Source: Rhodopseudomonas sp.
GTDB lineage: Bacteria; Pseudomonadota; Alphaproteobacteria; Rhizobiales; Xanthobacteraceae
Direction: 5' to 3'
Length of the DNA stretch: 64,000 bases
Assembly (NCBI RefSeq): GCF_048594845.1
Contig: NZ_JBMDXE010000317.1
Coordinates: forward strand, 2,726 to 66,725
The stretch's first letter is position 1. Every line of letters begins with the position of its first letter. The notes beneath the pieces are model-generated. The model made no database searches. It worked only from the letters and a program-made list of their open reading frames with translations, and had not been told where the DNA came from. Shown piece after piece: positions 9,658 through 20,221 of the stretch. The position numbers and the translations under genes were made by a program.

Positions 9658-10482
9658 ATGATCAAGGATCTCATCGTCAATCTCGAACAGAACGCGTCGC
9701 GGGATCGGGTCGTCGACGTTGCGCTGGCGATCGCGCGGACGTTCGATGCGCATGTCTCCGGCGTCTGCTTCGCCTATGATTCGCTGCCGAGCTTCACGAT
9801 GCCGGACTTTCCGTCCGACGTGCTGACCAAGATGCTGGCCGCCAACGAGGCGGCGGCGCGCGGTGCGGTCGAGCGGTTCGAAGCCGCCTGCAAGCGCGAA
9901 GGCGTCTCGGCCGAGCATCATCTGCTGGAGACACCCTACGGCACGTCCGGCCGTTTCCCCAAGATGGCGCGGCGGTTCGATCTGTCGGTGATCATGCAGT
10001 CCGATCCGGACAACGGCGACAACGAGGTACTGATCGAGCAGGTGCTGTTCGATTCCGGCCGGCCGGTACTGATCGTGCCCTACATCCAGAAGAACCCGGT
10101 CAAGCTCGACCGCGTGGTGTGTGGCTGGGACGGCAGCCGCGCCGCGACCCGCGCCATCAACGACGCGCGGCCGTTCCTGCGCCGCGCCGCCGTCGTCGAA
10201 CTGCTGATCGTGCGCGACCACAAGGTGCGGGACGAGAAAGAACTACGCGGCATCGAGATGGCCAATCACCTCGCGCGCCACGGCATCAAGCTGGACATCA
10301 AGGTGATCACCGCACCCGATGTCAGTGTCTCCGGCACCATCCTGTCGCATGTCGCCGACACCGCCGCCGATCTGCTGGTGATGGGCGGCTACGGTCATTC
10401 GCGTCTGCGGGAATTCGTGCTGGGCGGCGTCACCCGCGAGATGCTGGCGTCGATGACCGTGCCGGTGCTGATGTCGCACTAG
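9658..10482 (+). CDS. Universal stress protein (tandem USP domains)
   Basis: SGRPVLIVP, WDGSRAATRA, DLLVMGGYGHSRLREFVLGGVTREML...VPVLMSH. Confidence 0.93.
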   Translation: MIKDLIVNLEQNASRDRVVDVALAIARTFDAHVSGVCFAYDSLPSFTMPDFPSDVLTKMLAANEAAARGAVERFEAACKREGVSAEHHLLETPYGTSGRFPKMARRFDLSVIMQSDPDNGDNEVLIEQVLFDSGRPVLIVPYIQKNPVKLDRVVCGWDGSRAATRAINDARPFLRRAAVVELLIVRDHKVRDEKELRGIEMANHLARHGIKLDIKVITAPDVSVSGTILSHVADTAADLLVMGGYGHSRLREFVLGGVTREMLASMTVPVLMSH

Positions 10483-10537
10483 AATCACGCCTCTGCGTGC
10501 CGCATCGCGTCGCTGCGACATTGCGGCACGTCGCCGG

Positions 10538-10551
10538 TTGACCCGCGTCAA
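10538..10551. promoter_or_regulatory. FNR/FixK-type box upstream of pfkB-like gene
   Basis: TTGACCCGCGTCAA (TTGA-N6-TCAA palindrome), intergenic, about 115 bp upstream of the ATG. Confidence 0.7.
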
Positions 10552-10664
10552 CGGCAGAACGGCAGCCGCACGCCAGATTCCAACGGGCGCCGGCAGTTGG
10601 CGCGCGCCCATGTCTTTCATCCCTCGCGTTTCCCCACGCACGCCAGACCCGGAGACCATTCGCG

Positions 10665-11603
10665 ATGGTCGATATCGTCACCCTTACGCCCAATCCTGCG
10701 ATCGATCTGTCGACCTCGATCGAGCGCATGGTGCCCAGCCGCAAGCTGCGCTGCGCCGCGCAGCAGCGCGATCCGGGCGGCGGCGGCATCAATGTGGCGC
10801 GGGTGGTGAAGCGGTTCGGCGGCGATGTCGAGGCGATCTTCCCGGCCGGCGGCTTCACCGGCCGGCTGCTGCGTTCGCTGCTCGACCGCGAGCAGATCCC
10901 GAGCCGCGTCGTCGAATCCGAAGCCGAAACCCGCGAGGATTTCTCCGTCACCGAGGCCGCAACTGGCCAGCAATTCCGCTTCGTGCTGCCCGGACTGCCG
11001 CTGGCAGAAGGCGAATGGCGCGGGCTCTTGGAAATTCTCGGCGGCACCTCGCCGGCCCCGAAGATCGTGGTCGGCAGCGGCAGCCTGCCGCCCGGCGTGC
11101 CTGCCGATTTCTACGCCCAGGCCGCCGCGGTGGCGAAGCGGATCGGCGCCAAGTTCTTTCTCGACACCTCCGGGGCGCCGCTGGTGGCCGCGCTGGCGCA
11201 GGGCGTCACGCTGATCAAGCCGAATCTGCGCGAGATGCAGGAGCTGGCCGGCCGGCCGCTCGCCAACGACCAGGACTACGTCGCGGCGGCGCGGCAGCAG
11301 ATCGAGGCCGGCAAGGTCGAGATCGTGGCGCTGTCGCTCGGCCATCTCGGCGCGCTGCTGGTCACCAAGGACGAGGCGCTGCGTTCGCCGGCGCTGCCGG
11401 TCGCTCAGGTTTCGACGGTGGGGGCCGGCGACAGCTTTCTCGGCGCGATCGCCTACAGCCTGGCGCAAGGCCTGTCGATCGAGGACGCCTTCCGCCGCGC
11501 GCTGGCGTCGGGCTCGGCCTCGCTCACGATGCACGGCACCGAACTGTGCCGGCCTGCGGATGTCGAGCGGCTTTGCCGCGAGGTGGTGATCGAGCGGCTC
11601 TGA
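10665..11603 (+). CDS. pfkB: 1-phosphofructokinase/PfkB family hexose kinase
   Basis: TLTPNPAID, PGGGGINVARV, GSGSLPPG, IKPNLRE, STVGAGDSF. Confidence 0.9.
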   Translation: MVDIVTLTPNPAIDLSTSIERMVPSRKLRCAAQQRDPGGGGINVARVVKRFGGDVEAIFPAGGFTGRLLRSLLDREQIPSRVVESEAETREDFSVTEAATGQQFRFVLPGLPLAEGEWRGLLEILGGTSPAPKIVVGSGSLPPGVPADFYAQAAAVAKRIGAKFFLDTSGAPLVAALAQGVTLIKPNLREMQELAGRPLANDQDYVAAARQQIEAGKVEIVALSLGHLGALLVTKDEALRSPALPVAQVSTVGAGDSFLGAIAYSLAQGLSIEDAFRRALASGSASLTMHGTELCRPADVERLCREVVIERL

Positions 11604-11654
11604 GGCGTTGCTCAGGGGCCTCGGCTCACAATGCCGAGCGCCATCGTTCATTTC

Positions 11655-11679
11655 GGAACTGTTGCCGGAACCGCCTGTT
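11655..11679 (+). promoter_or_regulatory. EcfG (general stress sigma)-type promoter
   Basis: GGAAC-N17-GTT (GGAAC tgttgccggaaccgcct GTT) about 40 bp upstream of the ydeP-like ATG. Confidence 0.6.
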
Positions 11680-11718
11680 GTCCGACCGCTGCGCGGGCGC
11701 GCGAGCGAGGAGCGGAAC

Positions 11719-14031
11719 ATGGCCCAGGACGATACCCGACTGCACGAAGCCGACCTTCCCGAATCCGGCGAGCGCATGGTCGAGTATGACGGCCCGGCCG
11801 GCGGCTGGGGCTCGCTGCAGGGCATCGCGCGGATTTTCGGCAAGGAATGGAATACGCCGACCGTGATCGAGACGTTGATGCGCCAGAACAAGCCGAAAGG
11901 CTTCATGTGCGTGTCGTGCTCATGGGCCAAGCCGGCCGACTATCACACTTTTGAGTTCTGCGAGAACGGTGCCAAGGCGACGCTATGGGAGCTGACGACC
12001 GCGCGCTGCACGCCCGAATTCTTCGCCGACCACACGGTGACCGAGCTGTGCGGCTGGAGCGATCACGATCTTGAAATGCAGGGCCGCTTGACCGATCCGC
12101 TGCGCTACGATCCCGCGACCGATCGCTACGTGCCCTGCGGCTGGGACGAGGCGTTTCAGGCGATCGGCGAGCACCTGCGCGCACTCGATCCGAAATCGGT
12201 GATCTTCTACGCGTCCGGACGCGCCAGCCTCGAGACGTCGTACCTCTACGCGCTGCTCGCGCGGCTGTATGGCAACAACAACCTGCCGGACAGCTCCAAC
12301 ATGTGCCACGAGACGACCTCGGTGGCGCTGAAGAAGCTGATCGGTGTCGGCGTCGGCACGGTGGTGTTCGACGATCTGGCCAAGTGCGACGCGATGTTCT
12401 TCTTCGGCCAGAACACCGGCACCAACAGCCCGCGCTTCCTGCATCCGCTGCAGGAGGCCGCCAAGCGGGGCGTGCCGATCGTCACCTTCAACCCGGTGCG
12501 CGAGAAAGGCCTCGAAAGCTTCGTCAATCCGCAGAGCCCGACCGAGATGCTGACCGGGCGCGAGACGCCGATCTCGAGCCAGTATCACCAGGTCAAGGCC
12601 GGCGGCGACATCGCCGTGCTGATCGGCATGTGCAAGCACGTCTTCGCCAGGGACGACGAGGCGAAGCTGCAAGGCAAGCGCGTGCTCGACGTTGCGTTCA
12701 TCGAGGCGCACACCCACGGGCTCGATGAATTCGAGGCCAAGGTGCGGGCGACGCCGTGGCAGCAGATCGAGGCGGAGTCGGGCCTCACGCGCGCCGCGAT
12801 CGAAGCCGCCGCGCAGGTCTATGTCGAAGCCGACCGCGTCATCGGCGTTTACGGCATGGGCCTCACCCAGCATGTGCACGGCTTCGACAACGTCGCGATG
12901 CTGCTCAATCTCCTGCTGCTCACGGGCAATATCGGCCGCGACGGCACCGGCATCTCGCCGGGGCGCGGCCATTCCAATGTGCAGGGCCAGCGCACCGTCG
13001 GCATCTCCGAAAAGCCGGAGCTGGTGCCGCTCGACAAGATGGCCGAGCAGTTCGGCTTCGCCCCGCCGCGCGACAAGGGGATGAACACGGTCGAAGCTTG
13101 CCACGGCCTGCTCGAAGGCAAGGTCAAGGCATTCATCGGTCTCGGCGGGAATTTCGTTCGTGCGATTCCCGATCAGGAGGTGCTGGAGAAAGCCTGGACG
13201 CGGATGCAGCTCACCGTGCAGATCGCCACAAAGCTCAACCGCAGCCATCTGATGAACGGCCAAGTCGCCTATCTGCTGCCGTGCCTTGGCCGCACCGAGC
13301 AGGACGTCCAGGCCAGCGGCCCGCAGACCGTGACCATGGAGGACACCTTCAGCTGCATCCAGGGGTCAATCGGCCTGCGTCAGCCGGCCAGCGCCAATCT
13401 GAAATCCGAGCTCGCGATCGTCGCCGGCATCGCCAAGGCGACGCTGCCATCCAATCCCAAGGTGCGCTGGGACGAGTGGGTCGGCGATTACGGCAAGGTG
13501 CGCGACCTGATCGCCGAGAGCTACCCGGACATGTTCCACGACTTCAACGGCCGGATGTTCACGCCCGGCGGCTTCTACAAGGGCAACGCGGCGCGCGAGC
13601 GGATCTGGAAAACCGAAAGCGGCAAGGCGGAATTCACCACGCCGGACCGGTTGAGTTCGCTCGGCTTCGACGACGCGCCCGGCCGCTACCGGCTGATGAC
13701 GCTGCGCTCCAACGATCAGTTCAACACGACGATCTACGGCATGAGCGACCGCTTGCGCGGCATCGAAGGCCGGCGCGACGTGCTGCTGATCAATCCGGAC
13801 GAGATGGCCAAGGCCGGCCTCGCGGATGGCCAGATGGTGTGGCTGGAGAGCGACGCGGCCGACGGCCTGCATCGTGAGGTCGGGCCCTTGAAGGTAACGC
13901 CGTTCCGGCTGCCCGATGGCTGCCTCGCCGGCTATTACCCCGAGCTCAATCCGCTGATCCCGCTGACCCACCACGACAAGGAATCGAAAACCCCCGCCAA
14001 CAAATCCGTGCCGGTCCGGATTCGCGCCTGA
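11719..14031 (+). CDS. FdhF/YdeP family molybdopterin oxidoreductase
   Basis: PAGGWGSL, CVSCSW...FEFCENGAKA, SGRASLE, NNLPDSSNMCHE, GHSNVQG, TLRSNDQFNTTIYG. Start placed at ATG 11719 (GAGGAG RBS). Confidence 0.93.
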   Translation: MAQDDTRLHEADLPESGERMVEYDGPAGGWGSLQGIARIFGKEWNTPTVIETLMRQNKPKGFMCVSCSWAKPADYHTFEFCENGAKATLWELTTARCTPEFFADHTVTELCGWSDHDLEMQGRLTDPLRYDPATDRYVPCGWDEAFQAIGEHLRALDPKSVIFYASGRASLETSYLYALLARLYGNNNLPDSSNMCHETTSVALKKLIGVGVGTVVFDDLAKCDAMFFFGQNTGTNSPRFLHPLQEAAKRGVPIVTFNPVREKGLESFVNPQSPTEMLTGRETPISSQYHQVKAGGDIAVLIGMCKHVFARDDEAKLQGKRVLDVAFIEAHTHGLDEFEAKVRATPWQQIEAESGLTRAAIEAAAQVYVEADRVIGVYGMGLTQHVHGFDNVAMLLNLLLLTGNIGRDGTGISPGRGHSNVQGQRTVGISEKPELVPLDKMAEQFGFAPPRDKGMNTVEACHGLLEGKVKAFIGLGGNFVRAIPDQEVLEKAWTRMQLTVQIATKLNRSHLMNGQVAYLLPCLGRTEQDVQASGPQTVTMEDTFSCIQGSIGLRQPASANLKSELAIVAGIAKATLPSNPKVRWDEWVGDYGKVRDLIAESYPDMFHDFNGRMFTPGGFYKGNAARERIWKTESGKAEFTTPDRLSSLGFDDAPGRYRLMTLRSNDQFNTTIYGMSDRLRGIEGRRDVLLINPDEMAKAGLADGQMVWLESDAADGLHREVGPLKVTPFRLPDGCLAGYYPELNPLIPLTHHDKESKTPANKSVPVRIRA

Positions 14032-14320
14032 GCCGCGTGGTCCGCGGACGTCATCGGAAGTTCACTTGCATCGATCGTTTGTCTGGGATGATTCGGCGCA
14101 AACCCGTGGACGTCGAATCATGCCATGCCGGACGTCTCGAACTCCTTCGAGCCGCCAACCGAAATGTCATTTCGCCGCGTCGCCGCCCGCGCCGCGGCAT
14201 TGCAACGCTTCACCGCGTCCGCCAAACTGAGGCTTGCCTGGCGCAGGCCTCGGCCCAAGCCGGATGCGGCAGATCGCCTGAACCGCAACGTCCGCCATGG
14301 ACGGCATATTGAGAGGCTTC

Positions 14321-15583
14321 ATGAGTCAAGGTGTCACCGCTCCGTTCGCCCGCCACGCCATGGCCTATGTGCTGGCAGGAGGGCGCGGAAGCCGGCTGAT
14401 GGAATTGACCGACTGGCGCGCCAAGCCGGCGGTGTATTTCGGCGGCAAGTCGCGCATCATCGATTTCGCGCTGTCGAATGCGCTCAACTCCGGGATCCGC
14501 CGCATCGCGGTCGCGACGCAGTACAAAGCGCACAGCCTGATCCGGCATCTGCAGCGCGGCTGGAACTTCTTCCGCCCGGAACGCAACGAGAGCTTCGACA
14601 TCCTGCCGGCGAGCCAGCGTGTCTCAGACGACATGTGGTATCGAGGCACTGCGGACGCGGTCTATCAGAACATCGACATCATCGAGAGCTACGATCCGAA
14701 ATTCATCGTGCTGCTGGCCGGTGATCACGTCTACAAGATGGACTACGAGAAGATGCTGCAGCAGCACGTCGAGCAGGGCGCCGACGTGACGGTCGGATGT
14801 CTCGAGGTCGATCGCAGCGAGGCGCGCGCGTTCGGCGTGATGCATGTCGACGCCAAGGACGTCATCAAGTCGTTTCTGGAGAAGCCCGCCGATCCTCCGG
14901 CCATGCCCGGCAAGCCCGACAAGTCGCTCGCCAGCATGGGCATCTACGTGTTCGACACCAAATTCCTGCTCGACGAACTGCGCCGCGATGCGGCCGATCC
15001 GAATTCGTCGCACGATTTCGGCAAGGACATCATCCCCTACATCGTCAAGAACGGCAAAGCCGTCGCGCATCTGTTCGACAAATCCTGCCGGCGCTCGAAT
15101 TCCGAGGCGACCAGCTACTGGCGCGACGTCGGCACCGTCGACGCTTATTGGGCCGCCAATATCGACCTGACCGACATCGTGCCGCAGCTCGACCTGTACG
15201 ATCGCGAATGGCCGATCTGGACGTATGGCGAGATCACGCCGCCGGCCAAATTCGTCCACGACAAGGATGGCCGCCGCGGTGAGGCGGTGTCGTCGCTGGT
15301 GTCGGGCGGCTGCATCGTGTCGGGCGCGTCGCTGCGGCACACGCTGCTGTTCACCGGCGTGCGCGTGCACTCCTACTCGCATGTCGAAGGCGCGGTGATC
15401 CTGCCCTATGCCGACATCGCCCGCTCGTGCCGGCTGAAGAACGTGGTGGTCGACGCCGAGGTCAAGTTGCCGCCCGGCCTCGTGGTCGGCGAGGATCCTG
15501 AACTCGATGCCAAGCGGTTCAGGCGCACCGAGAACGGCATCTGTCTGATTACCCGCGCCATGATCGAGAAGCTCGACCAATGA
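14321..15583 (+). CDS. glgC: Glucose-1-phosphate adenylyltransferase
   Basis: [64 protein letters not shown]. Confidence 0.97.
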   Translation: MSQGVTAPFARHAMAYVLAGGRGSRLMELTDWRAKPAVYFGGKSRIIDFALSNALNSGIRRIAVATQYKAHSLIRHLQRGWNFFRPERNESFDILPASQRVSDDMWYRGTADAVYQNIDIIESYDPKFIVLLAGDHVYKMDYEKMLQQHVEQGADVTVGCLEVDRSEARAFGVMHVDAKDVIKSFLEKPADPPAMPGKPDKSLASMGIYVFDTKFLLDELRRDAADPNSSHDFGKDIIPYIVKNGKAVAHLFDKSCRRSNSEATSYWRDVGTVDAYWAANIDLTDIVPQLDLYDREWPIWTYGEITPPAKFVHDKDGRRGEAVSSLVSGGCIVSGASLRHTLLFTGVRVHSYSHVEGAVILPYADIARSCRLKNVVVDAEVKLPPGLVVGEDPELDAKRFRRTENGICLITRAMIEKLDQ

Positions 15584-17031
15584 CGACGCTGACGGCGCTG
15601 TCGATCGCGTCGGAAATCTTCCCGCTGATCAAGACCGGCGGTCTTGCCGACGTCACCGGCGCGCTGCCGACCGCGCTGAAGCCGCACGGCATCGCGATGC
15701 GCACGCTGGTGCCCGGCTATCCGGCGGTGCTCGGCGGCATCGAGAATCCGCAGCCGGTGCACAGCTTCGCCGATCTGTTCGGCGGCAGCGCGCGGCTGCT
15801 GACCGCGCGTTGCGAGGAGCTCGAGCTGCTGGTGCTCGATGCGCCGCATCTCTATGTCCGCCCCGGTAATCCCTATGTTGGTCCGGATGCCAAGGACTGG
15901 CCCGACAACGCCTTCCGTTTCGCCGCGCTCGCCAAGGTCGCGGCCGAGATCGGCCAGGGGCTGCTGCCCGCCTTCGTGCCGGACGTGCTGCACGCGCACG
16001 ACTGGCAGGCGGGCTTAGTCCCTGCCTATTTGCGCTATTCGGAGCGGCAAGGACCGAAGACGGTCTTCACCATTCACAATCTCGCCTATCAGGGCCGGTT
16101 CGAACGCGAGCTGCTGGAGCGGCTCGGCCTGCCGGCGCGCGCCTTCAGCCTCGACGGCGTCGAATATTGGGGTGGCATCGGCTATCTCAAGGCGGGCCTG
16201 CAGCTCGCCGATCGCATCACCACGGTGTCGCCGACCTACGCGCAGGAGATCCAGGCCAGCGAAGCCGGCATGGGGCTGGAGGGCTTGCTGCGGCTGCGCG
16301 CCGACCGGCTGAGCGGCATCCTCAACGGCGTCGACACCCAAGTGTGGGACCCGGCCACCGACGCGCTGATCGCCGCGACCTACGATCTGGAGACGATCGG
16401 CGCCCGCGCCCGCAACAAGCAGGCGCTGCAGACGCGGTTCGGGCTGAAGACCGATGCGGACGCGTTGCTGCTCGGCGTGGTCAGCCGGCTGTCCTGGCAG
16501 AAGGGCCTCGACATGCTGCTCGAGGTGCTGCCCGGCCTGCTGGCGGACGGGACCCAGCTGGCGCTGCTCGGCTCCGGCGACGCGCCGCTCGAGGAAGGTT
16601 TCCGCGCTGCTGCGCTGGCACATCCGGGGCAGGTCGGCGCGGTGATCGGCTATGACGAAGCGCTGGCGCATCAGATCCAGGCCGGCGCCGACGTGCTGCT
16701 GGTGCCGTCGCGGTTCGAGCCCTGCGGCCTGACCCAGCTCTGCGCGCTGCGCTATGGCGCGGTGCCGGTGGTGGCACGGGTCGGCGGCCTCGCCGATACG
16801 GTCGTGGACGCCAACGAGATGGCGATCGCCACCGGCGTCGCGACCGGCGTGCAGTTCTCGCCGGTGACGGCCGAGATGCTGGCCAAGGCCCTGACCAAGA
16901 CCAGCGCGCTCTACGCCGACCACACGACGTGGCGCAATCTGCAGATCAACGGCATGACCACAGACGTGTCGTGGAAGAATCCGGCGCAGCACTACGCGAA
17001 GCTGTATCGCGAGCTGGTGGCGGAGAGCTGA
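15580..17031 (+). CDS. glgA: Glycogen synthase
   Basis: [38 protein letters not shown]; start overlaps the glgC stop. Confidence 0.97.
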   Translation: MTTLTALSIASEIFPLIKTGGLADVTGALPTALKPHGIAMRTLVPGYPAVLGGIENPQPVHSFADLFGGSARLLTARCEELELLVLDAPHLYVRPGNPYVGPDAKDWPDNAFRFAALAKVAAEIGQGLLPAFVPDVLHAHDWQAGLVPAYLRYSERQGPKTVFTIHNLAYQGRFERELLERLGLPARAFSLDGVEYWGGIGYLKAGLQLADRITTVSPTYAQEIQASEAGMGLEGLLRLRADRLSGILNGVDTQVWDPATDALIAATYDLETIGARARNKQALQTRFGLKTDADALLLGVVSRLSWQKGLDMLLEVLPGLLADGTQLALLGSGDAPLEEGFRAAALAHPGQVGAVIGYDEALAHQIQAGADVLLVPSRFEPCGLTQLCALRYGAVPVVARVGGLADTVVDANEMAIATGVATGVQFSPVTAEMLAKALTKTSALYADHTTWRNLQINGMTTDVSWKNPAQHYAKLYRELVAES

Positions 17032-17061
17032 CGCTTACTACGGTCCGCTGACTCTCCCCGA

Positions 17062-17169
17062 GTCATTCCGGGGCGCTCCGCGAAGCGGAGCGAACCCGGA
17101 ATCTCAGGCTCAGTCGTATCAAACAACATTCGAGATTCCGGGTTCGCCGCTGCACGGTCCCGGAATGAC
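17062..17169. repeat. CGTC-type REP/RIME-like palindromic element
   Basis: Ends GTCATTCCGGG ... CCCGGAATGAC with inner GCGAACCCGGAATCTC / GAGATTCCGGGTTCGC inverted repeats; lies between convergent glgA and cysK. Confidence 0.8.
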
Positions 17170-17234
17170 GCGCTTGGGGCCATGGCTCATATGCGGCGGC
17201 GCTCATTTGCGGCAGCGCCCATCGCATCCTCGGC

Positions 17235-17348
17235 CGTCATCCCCGCGAATGCGGGGATCCAGTATTCCAGTGAGATCGTTGTTACGCCGCGTGCTCACCA
17301 CGCGGGCGCTTTGCCATACTGGGTCGCCCGGACGAGCCGGGCGATGAC
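17235..17348. repeat. CGTC-type REP/RIME-like palindromic element (second copy, different subtype ends)
   Basis: CGTCATCCCCGCGAATGCGGGGATCCAGTA ... TACTGGGTCGCCCGGACGAGCCGGGCGATGAC. Confidence 0.75.
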
Positions 17349-17407
17349 CAGCTTCTGTGGGGCCAGCGCCCCGGGTACCTGCGACGCGTCGGTGGGGTGA
17401 GGCCGCC

Positions 17408-18400
17408 TCACACGCCTTCGAACAGCGCCGTCGACAAATAACGTTCCGAGAACGACGGCACGATCGCCACGATGGTCTTGCCGGCGTTTTCCGGGCGCTT
17501 GCCGAGTTCGATCGCCGCCGCGATCGCGGCACCGGACGAGATGCCGCCCGGGATGCCTTCGTGCCGTGCCAGCGCGCGGGAGGTCTCGATCGCGGTCGGG
17601 CCGGCGATCTGCACCACTTCGTCGATCACCGAACGGTCGAGGATGTCCGGCACGAAGCCGGCGCCGATACCCTGAATCTTGTGCGGGCCGGGTGCACCGC
17701 CCGACAACACCGGGCTTTCCACCGGCTCGACGGCCACGACCTTGAGCGACGGCTTGCGCGGCTTCAGCACCTGGCCGACGCCGGTGATGGTGCCGCCGGT
17801 GCCGACGCCGGCGACGAAGATGTCGATGGCGCCGTTGGTGTCGTTCCAGATCTCCTCGGCGGTGGTGCGCCGGTGCACCTCCGGGTTGGCGAGGTTCTTG
17901 AATTGCTGCGGCATCACCGCGTTCGGGGTCGAGGCGATCAGCTCCTCGGCCTTGGCGATAGCACCCTTCATGCCCTTGGCAGCCTCGGTCAGCACCAGCT
18001 CGGCGCCGAGGAAGGCCAGCATCTTGCGGCGCTCGATCGACATCGATTCCGGCATCACCAGCTTCAGCCGATAGCCCTTCGCGGCGGCCACGAAGGCCAG
18101 CGCGATGCCGGTGTTGCCGGAGGTCGGCTCGATCAGGATGGTGTCGGGCTTGATGATGCCTTCGCGCTCCATGGCGGCGATCATCGCGGCGCCGATGCGG
18201 TCCTTCACGCTGGAGGCCGGGTTGAAATACTCCAGCTTGGCCAGAATCGTCGCCTTGACGCCGTTCAGCCCGGGCAGCCGGTTCAGCCGGACCAGCGGCG
18301 TATCGCCATAGGCGTCGGCGATCGAGTCGTAGACTCGGCCACGGCCGGGCTGATGCGCGGGGGCGGTCGGTTTGATGGAAGCGGCGGCTGCAGTGGACAT
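17408..18400 (-). CDS. cysK: Cysteine synthase A
   Basis: [53 protein letters not shown]. Confidence 0.97.
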   Translation of the reverse strand: MSTAAAASIKPTAPAHQPGRGRVYDSIADAYGDTPLVRLNRLPGLNGVKATILAKLEYFNPASSVKDRIGAAMIAAMEREGIIKPDTILIEPTSGNTGIALAFVAAAKGYRLKLVMPESMSIERRKMLAFLGAELVLTEAAKGMKGAIAKAEELIASTPNAVMPQQFKNLANPEVHRRTTAEEIWNDTNGAIDIFVAGVGTGGTITGVGQVLKPRKPSLKVVAVEPVESPVLSGGAPGPHKIQGIGAGFVPDILDRSVIDEVVQIAGPTAIETSRALARHEGIPGGISSGAAIAAAIELGKRPENAGKTIVAIVPSFSERYLSTALFEGV

Positions 18401-18686
18401 GGACGTCTCCTGGCTGGATTCAGGGTCGAAGGGAGAGCTGTTTGCTACTCATCTGATATGCGGATCACGCGGTCGTCAACGCGGCCGGTAAATATGGAAC
18501 AATCGCCTCCGTAGATCCGTGTTCCGGAACGACCATTCTCCTGAAAACTTCCGATTTGGACGGAAATCCCGTAGCGGAATGGCTGCCAATTCGTCCCGCG
18601 CCCTTCACAACGGCGTCACGCTGGCTGTAGTATCCCTTGTGCATGCTGCTTCGCAGCGTCGATCGGACGGGAGTCAGGAGCGTTTC

Positions 18687-19244
18687 TTGAACGCGCATGT
18701 CTCGCAAGGCGGTTGGCCGGTGCTGGTGTTGAACGCGGACTTCCGGCCGCTCAGCTACTATCCGCTATCGCTTTGGTCGTGGCAGGACGCGATCAAGGCG
18801 GTGTTTCTCGATCGCGTCAACATCGTCGAGCACTACGACCGCGCGGTTCACAGCCCCAATCTCGACATCCGACTGCCCAGCGTCGTCTCGCTGAAATCCT
18901 TCGTGAAGCCGTCGACCCATCCGGCCTTCACGCGGTTCAACGTGTTCCTGCGCGACAAGTTCTCCTGTCAGTATTGCGGCGCACCGGACGATCTGACCTT
19001 CGACCACATCATCCCGCGCTCCAAGGGCGGCCAGACCACCTGGGAGAACGTCGTGGCGGCGTGCTCGCCGTGCAATCTGCGCAAGGGCAATCTGACGCCG
19101 GCCCAGGCCAAGATGTTTCCCCGCCAGACCGCCTTCGCCCCCACGGTCCACCAGCTCCACCGCAACGGCCGGCTGTTCCCGCCGAACTATCTGCACGAGA
19201 GCTGGCTCGACTACTTGTACTGGGACACCGAGCTCGATCCGTAG
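18687..19244 (+). CDS. HNH endonuclease (McrA-like conserved family)
   Basis: LVLNADFRPLS, FTRFNVFLRD...CQYCG, LTFDHIIPRSKGGQTTWENVVAACSPCN. TTG start at 18687 after an AGGAG RBS. Confidence 0.88.
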   Translation: MNAHVSQGGWPVLVLNADFRPLSYYPLSLWSWQDAIKAVFLDRVNIVEHYDRAVHSPNLDIRLPSVVSLKSFVKPSTHPAFTRFNVFLRDKFSCQYCGAPDDLTFDHIIPRSKGGQTTWENVVAACSPCNLRKGNLTPAQAKMFPRQTAFAPTVHQLHRNGRLFPPNYLHESWLDYLYWDTELDP

Positions 19245-19299
19245 CAGGAGTCGCATTGCGCCGGCGCGGCGAGGGTCGTTGCACCCAAGCGGGCAGCGG

Positions 19300-20208
19300 T
19301 CACTTCAGATAGCTGGCCAGATTGAGGTTCAGGATCTTGCCGATCGCCGAATAGGATGCGGTGAGCTGCGACTGATAGGTCGAAAGCTGTGCCGTGACCG
19401 CGGCAACATCGACCGAGGTCAGGTCGCTCGCCAGCGTCTCGGTAAAGCTCTTGTAGTCGCTCTGGCGAGTGCTGGCGTCCTGGATCGCCGAAGCATTGTT
19501 GGACAGCTTCTCCTGTACGGCGGCGATCGAATCGAGCGCCGTTCCGGCGAGATCGAGCGCGCTGGAGATGTCGCTTGCCGAGAGTGAACTGCTGTTCGCT
19601 ACGGAGCGCAGGGCCCGCATCGCCTGCTCGAACGCCGAATTGTCGGCGGTGACCCCGTACGACACCGAGCGATCGGTGCTGACGCGGACCGCGGCAGCCT
19701 GATCGTCGCCCTTGTAGTAACCGGTGTCCGCGACGGTGGTCGAGCCGGAGCCCGACACGTAGCTCGACAGATCGACCGGCGCGGTGTCGGTCTTGCCGCC
19801 TGCGAACAGGTACTGGCCGTCATATTGCGTGTTGAGCAGCGAGGCCATCGACTTCAGCATGTCCTGCGCCGAGCTGATCACGGAGGTGGTCTCGGTGGCG
19901 CTGCCGGTCGAGGCGGCGCTGAGCTGCGAACGCAGCTGCGTCATCACGTCGGTCATAGACCCCACGGCCGAGTACATCGCCTGGACTTTGCCGCTCGCGA
20001 GCGTCGCGGCGTCGATGTAAGACTGCGCGCGGGTGAGACCGACCTGGAGATTGACGACGTGCTGCGCGTCGGCGCCGTAGCCGGCCAGCGTCTCGGACTT
20101 CACGCCGGAGGATTCCTGCAGCTGAAGGTCGGCGGTCTTGGCCTGAATTCGCAGTGCGTCCGAGATCATCTGGCCCGACAGCGCGAAGGTCGCGACCCGC
20201 ATGGTCAT
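19300..20208 (-). CDS. flgL: Flagellar hook-filament junction protein FlgL-like
   Basis: Flagellin-like N-terminus, LNTQYDGQYLFAGGKTDTAPVD, C-terminus LTASYSAIGKILNLNLASYLK; directly downstream of flgK. Confidence 0.85.
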   Translation of the reverse strand: MTMRVATFALSGQMISDALRIQAKTADLQLQESSGVKSETLAGYGADAQHVVNLQVGLTRAQSYIDAATLASGKVQAMYSAVGSMTDVMTQLRSQLSAASTGSATETTSVISSAQDMLKSMASLLNTQYDGQYLFAGGKTDTAPVDLSSYVSGSGSTTVADTGYYKGDDQAAAVRVSTDRSVSYGVTADNSAFEQAMRALRSVANSSSLSASDISSALDLAGTALDSIAAVQEKLSNNASAIQDASTRQSDYKSFTETLASDLTSVDVAAVTAQLSTYQSQLTASYSAIGKILNLNLASYLK

Positions 20209-20221
20209 GGCGCCGCTCCGC

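Noticed and set aside
12955-12990. PGRGHSNVQG instead of the usual PVRGHSNVQG in the YdeP-like protein
   Set aside because: A single-base difference that cannot be distinguished from neutral variation or a sequencing error.
14056-14079. EcfG promoter upstream of glgC
   Set aside because: GGAAG-N16-GTT deviates in both sequence and spacing.
17062-17348. CRISPR array
   Set aside because: The repeats are internal palindromes, not direct repeats with unique spacers, and there are no cas genes.
18687-19244. HNH gene as the mobility or defence factor of the flagellar cassette
   Set aside because: It belongs to a conserved chromosomal family, and I saw no direct repeats, transposase or integrase at the cassette ends. 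Adjacency alone is insufficient.
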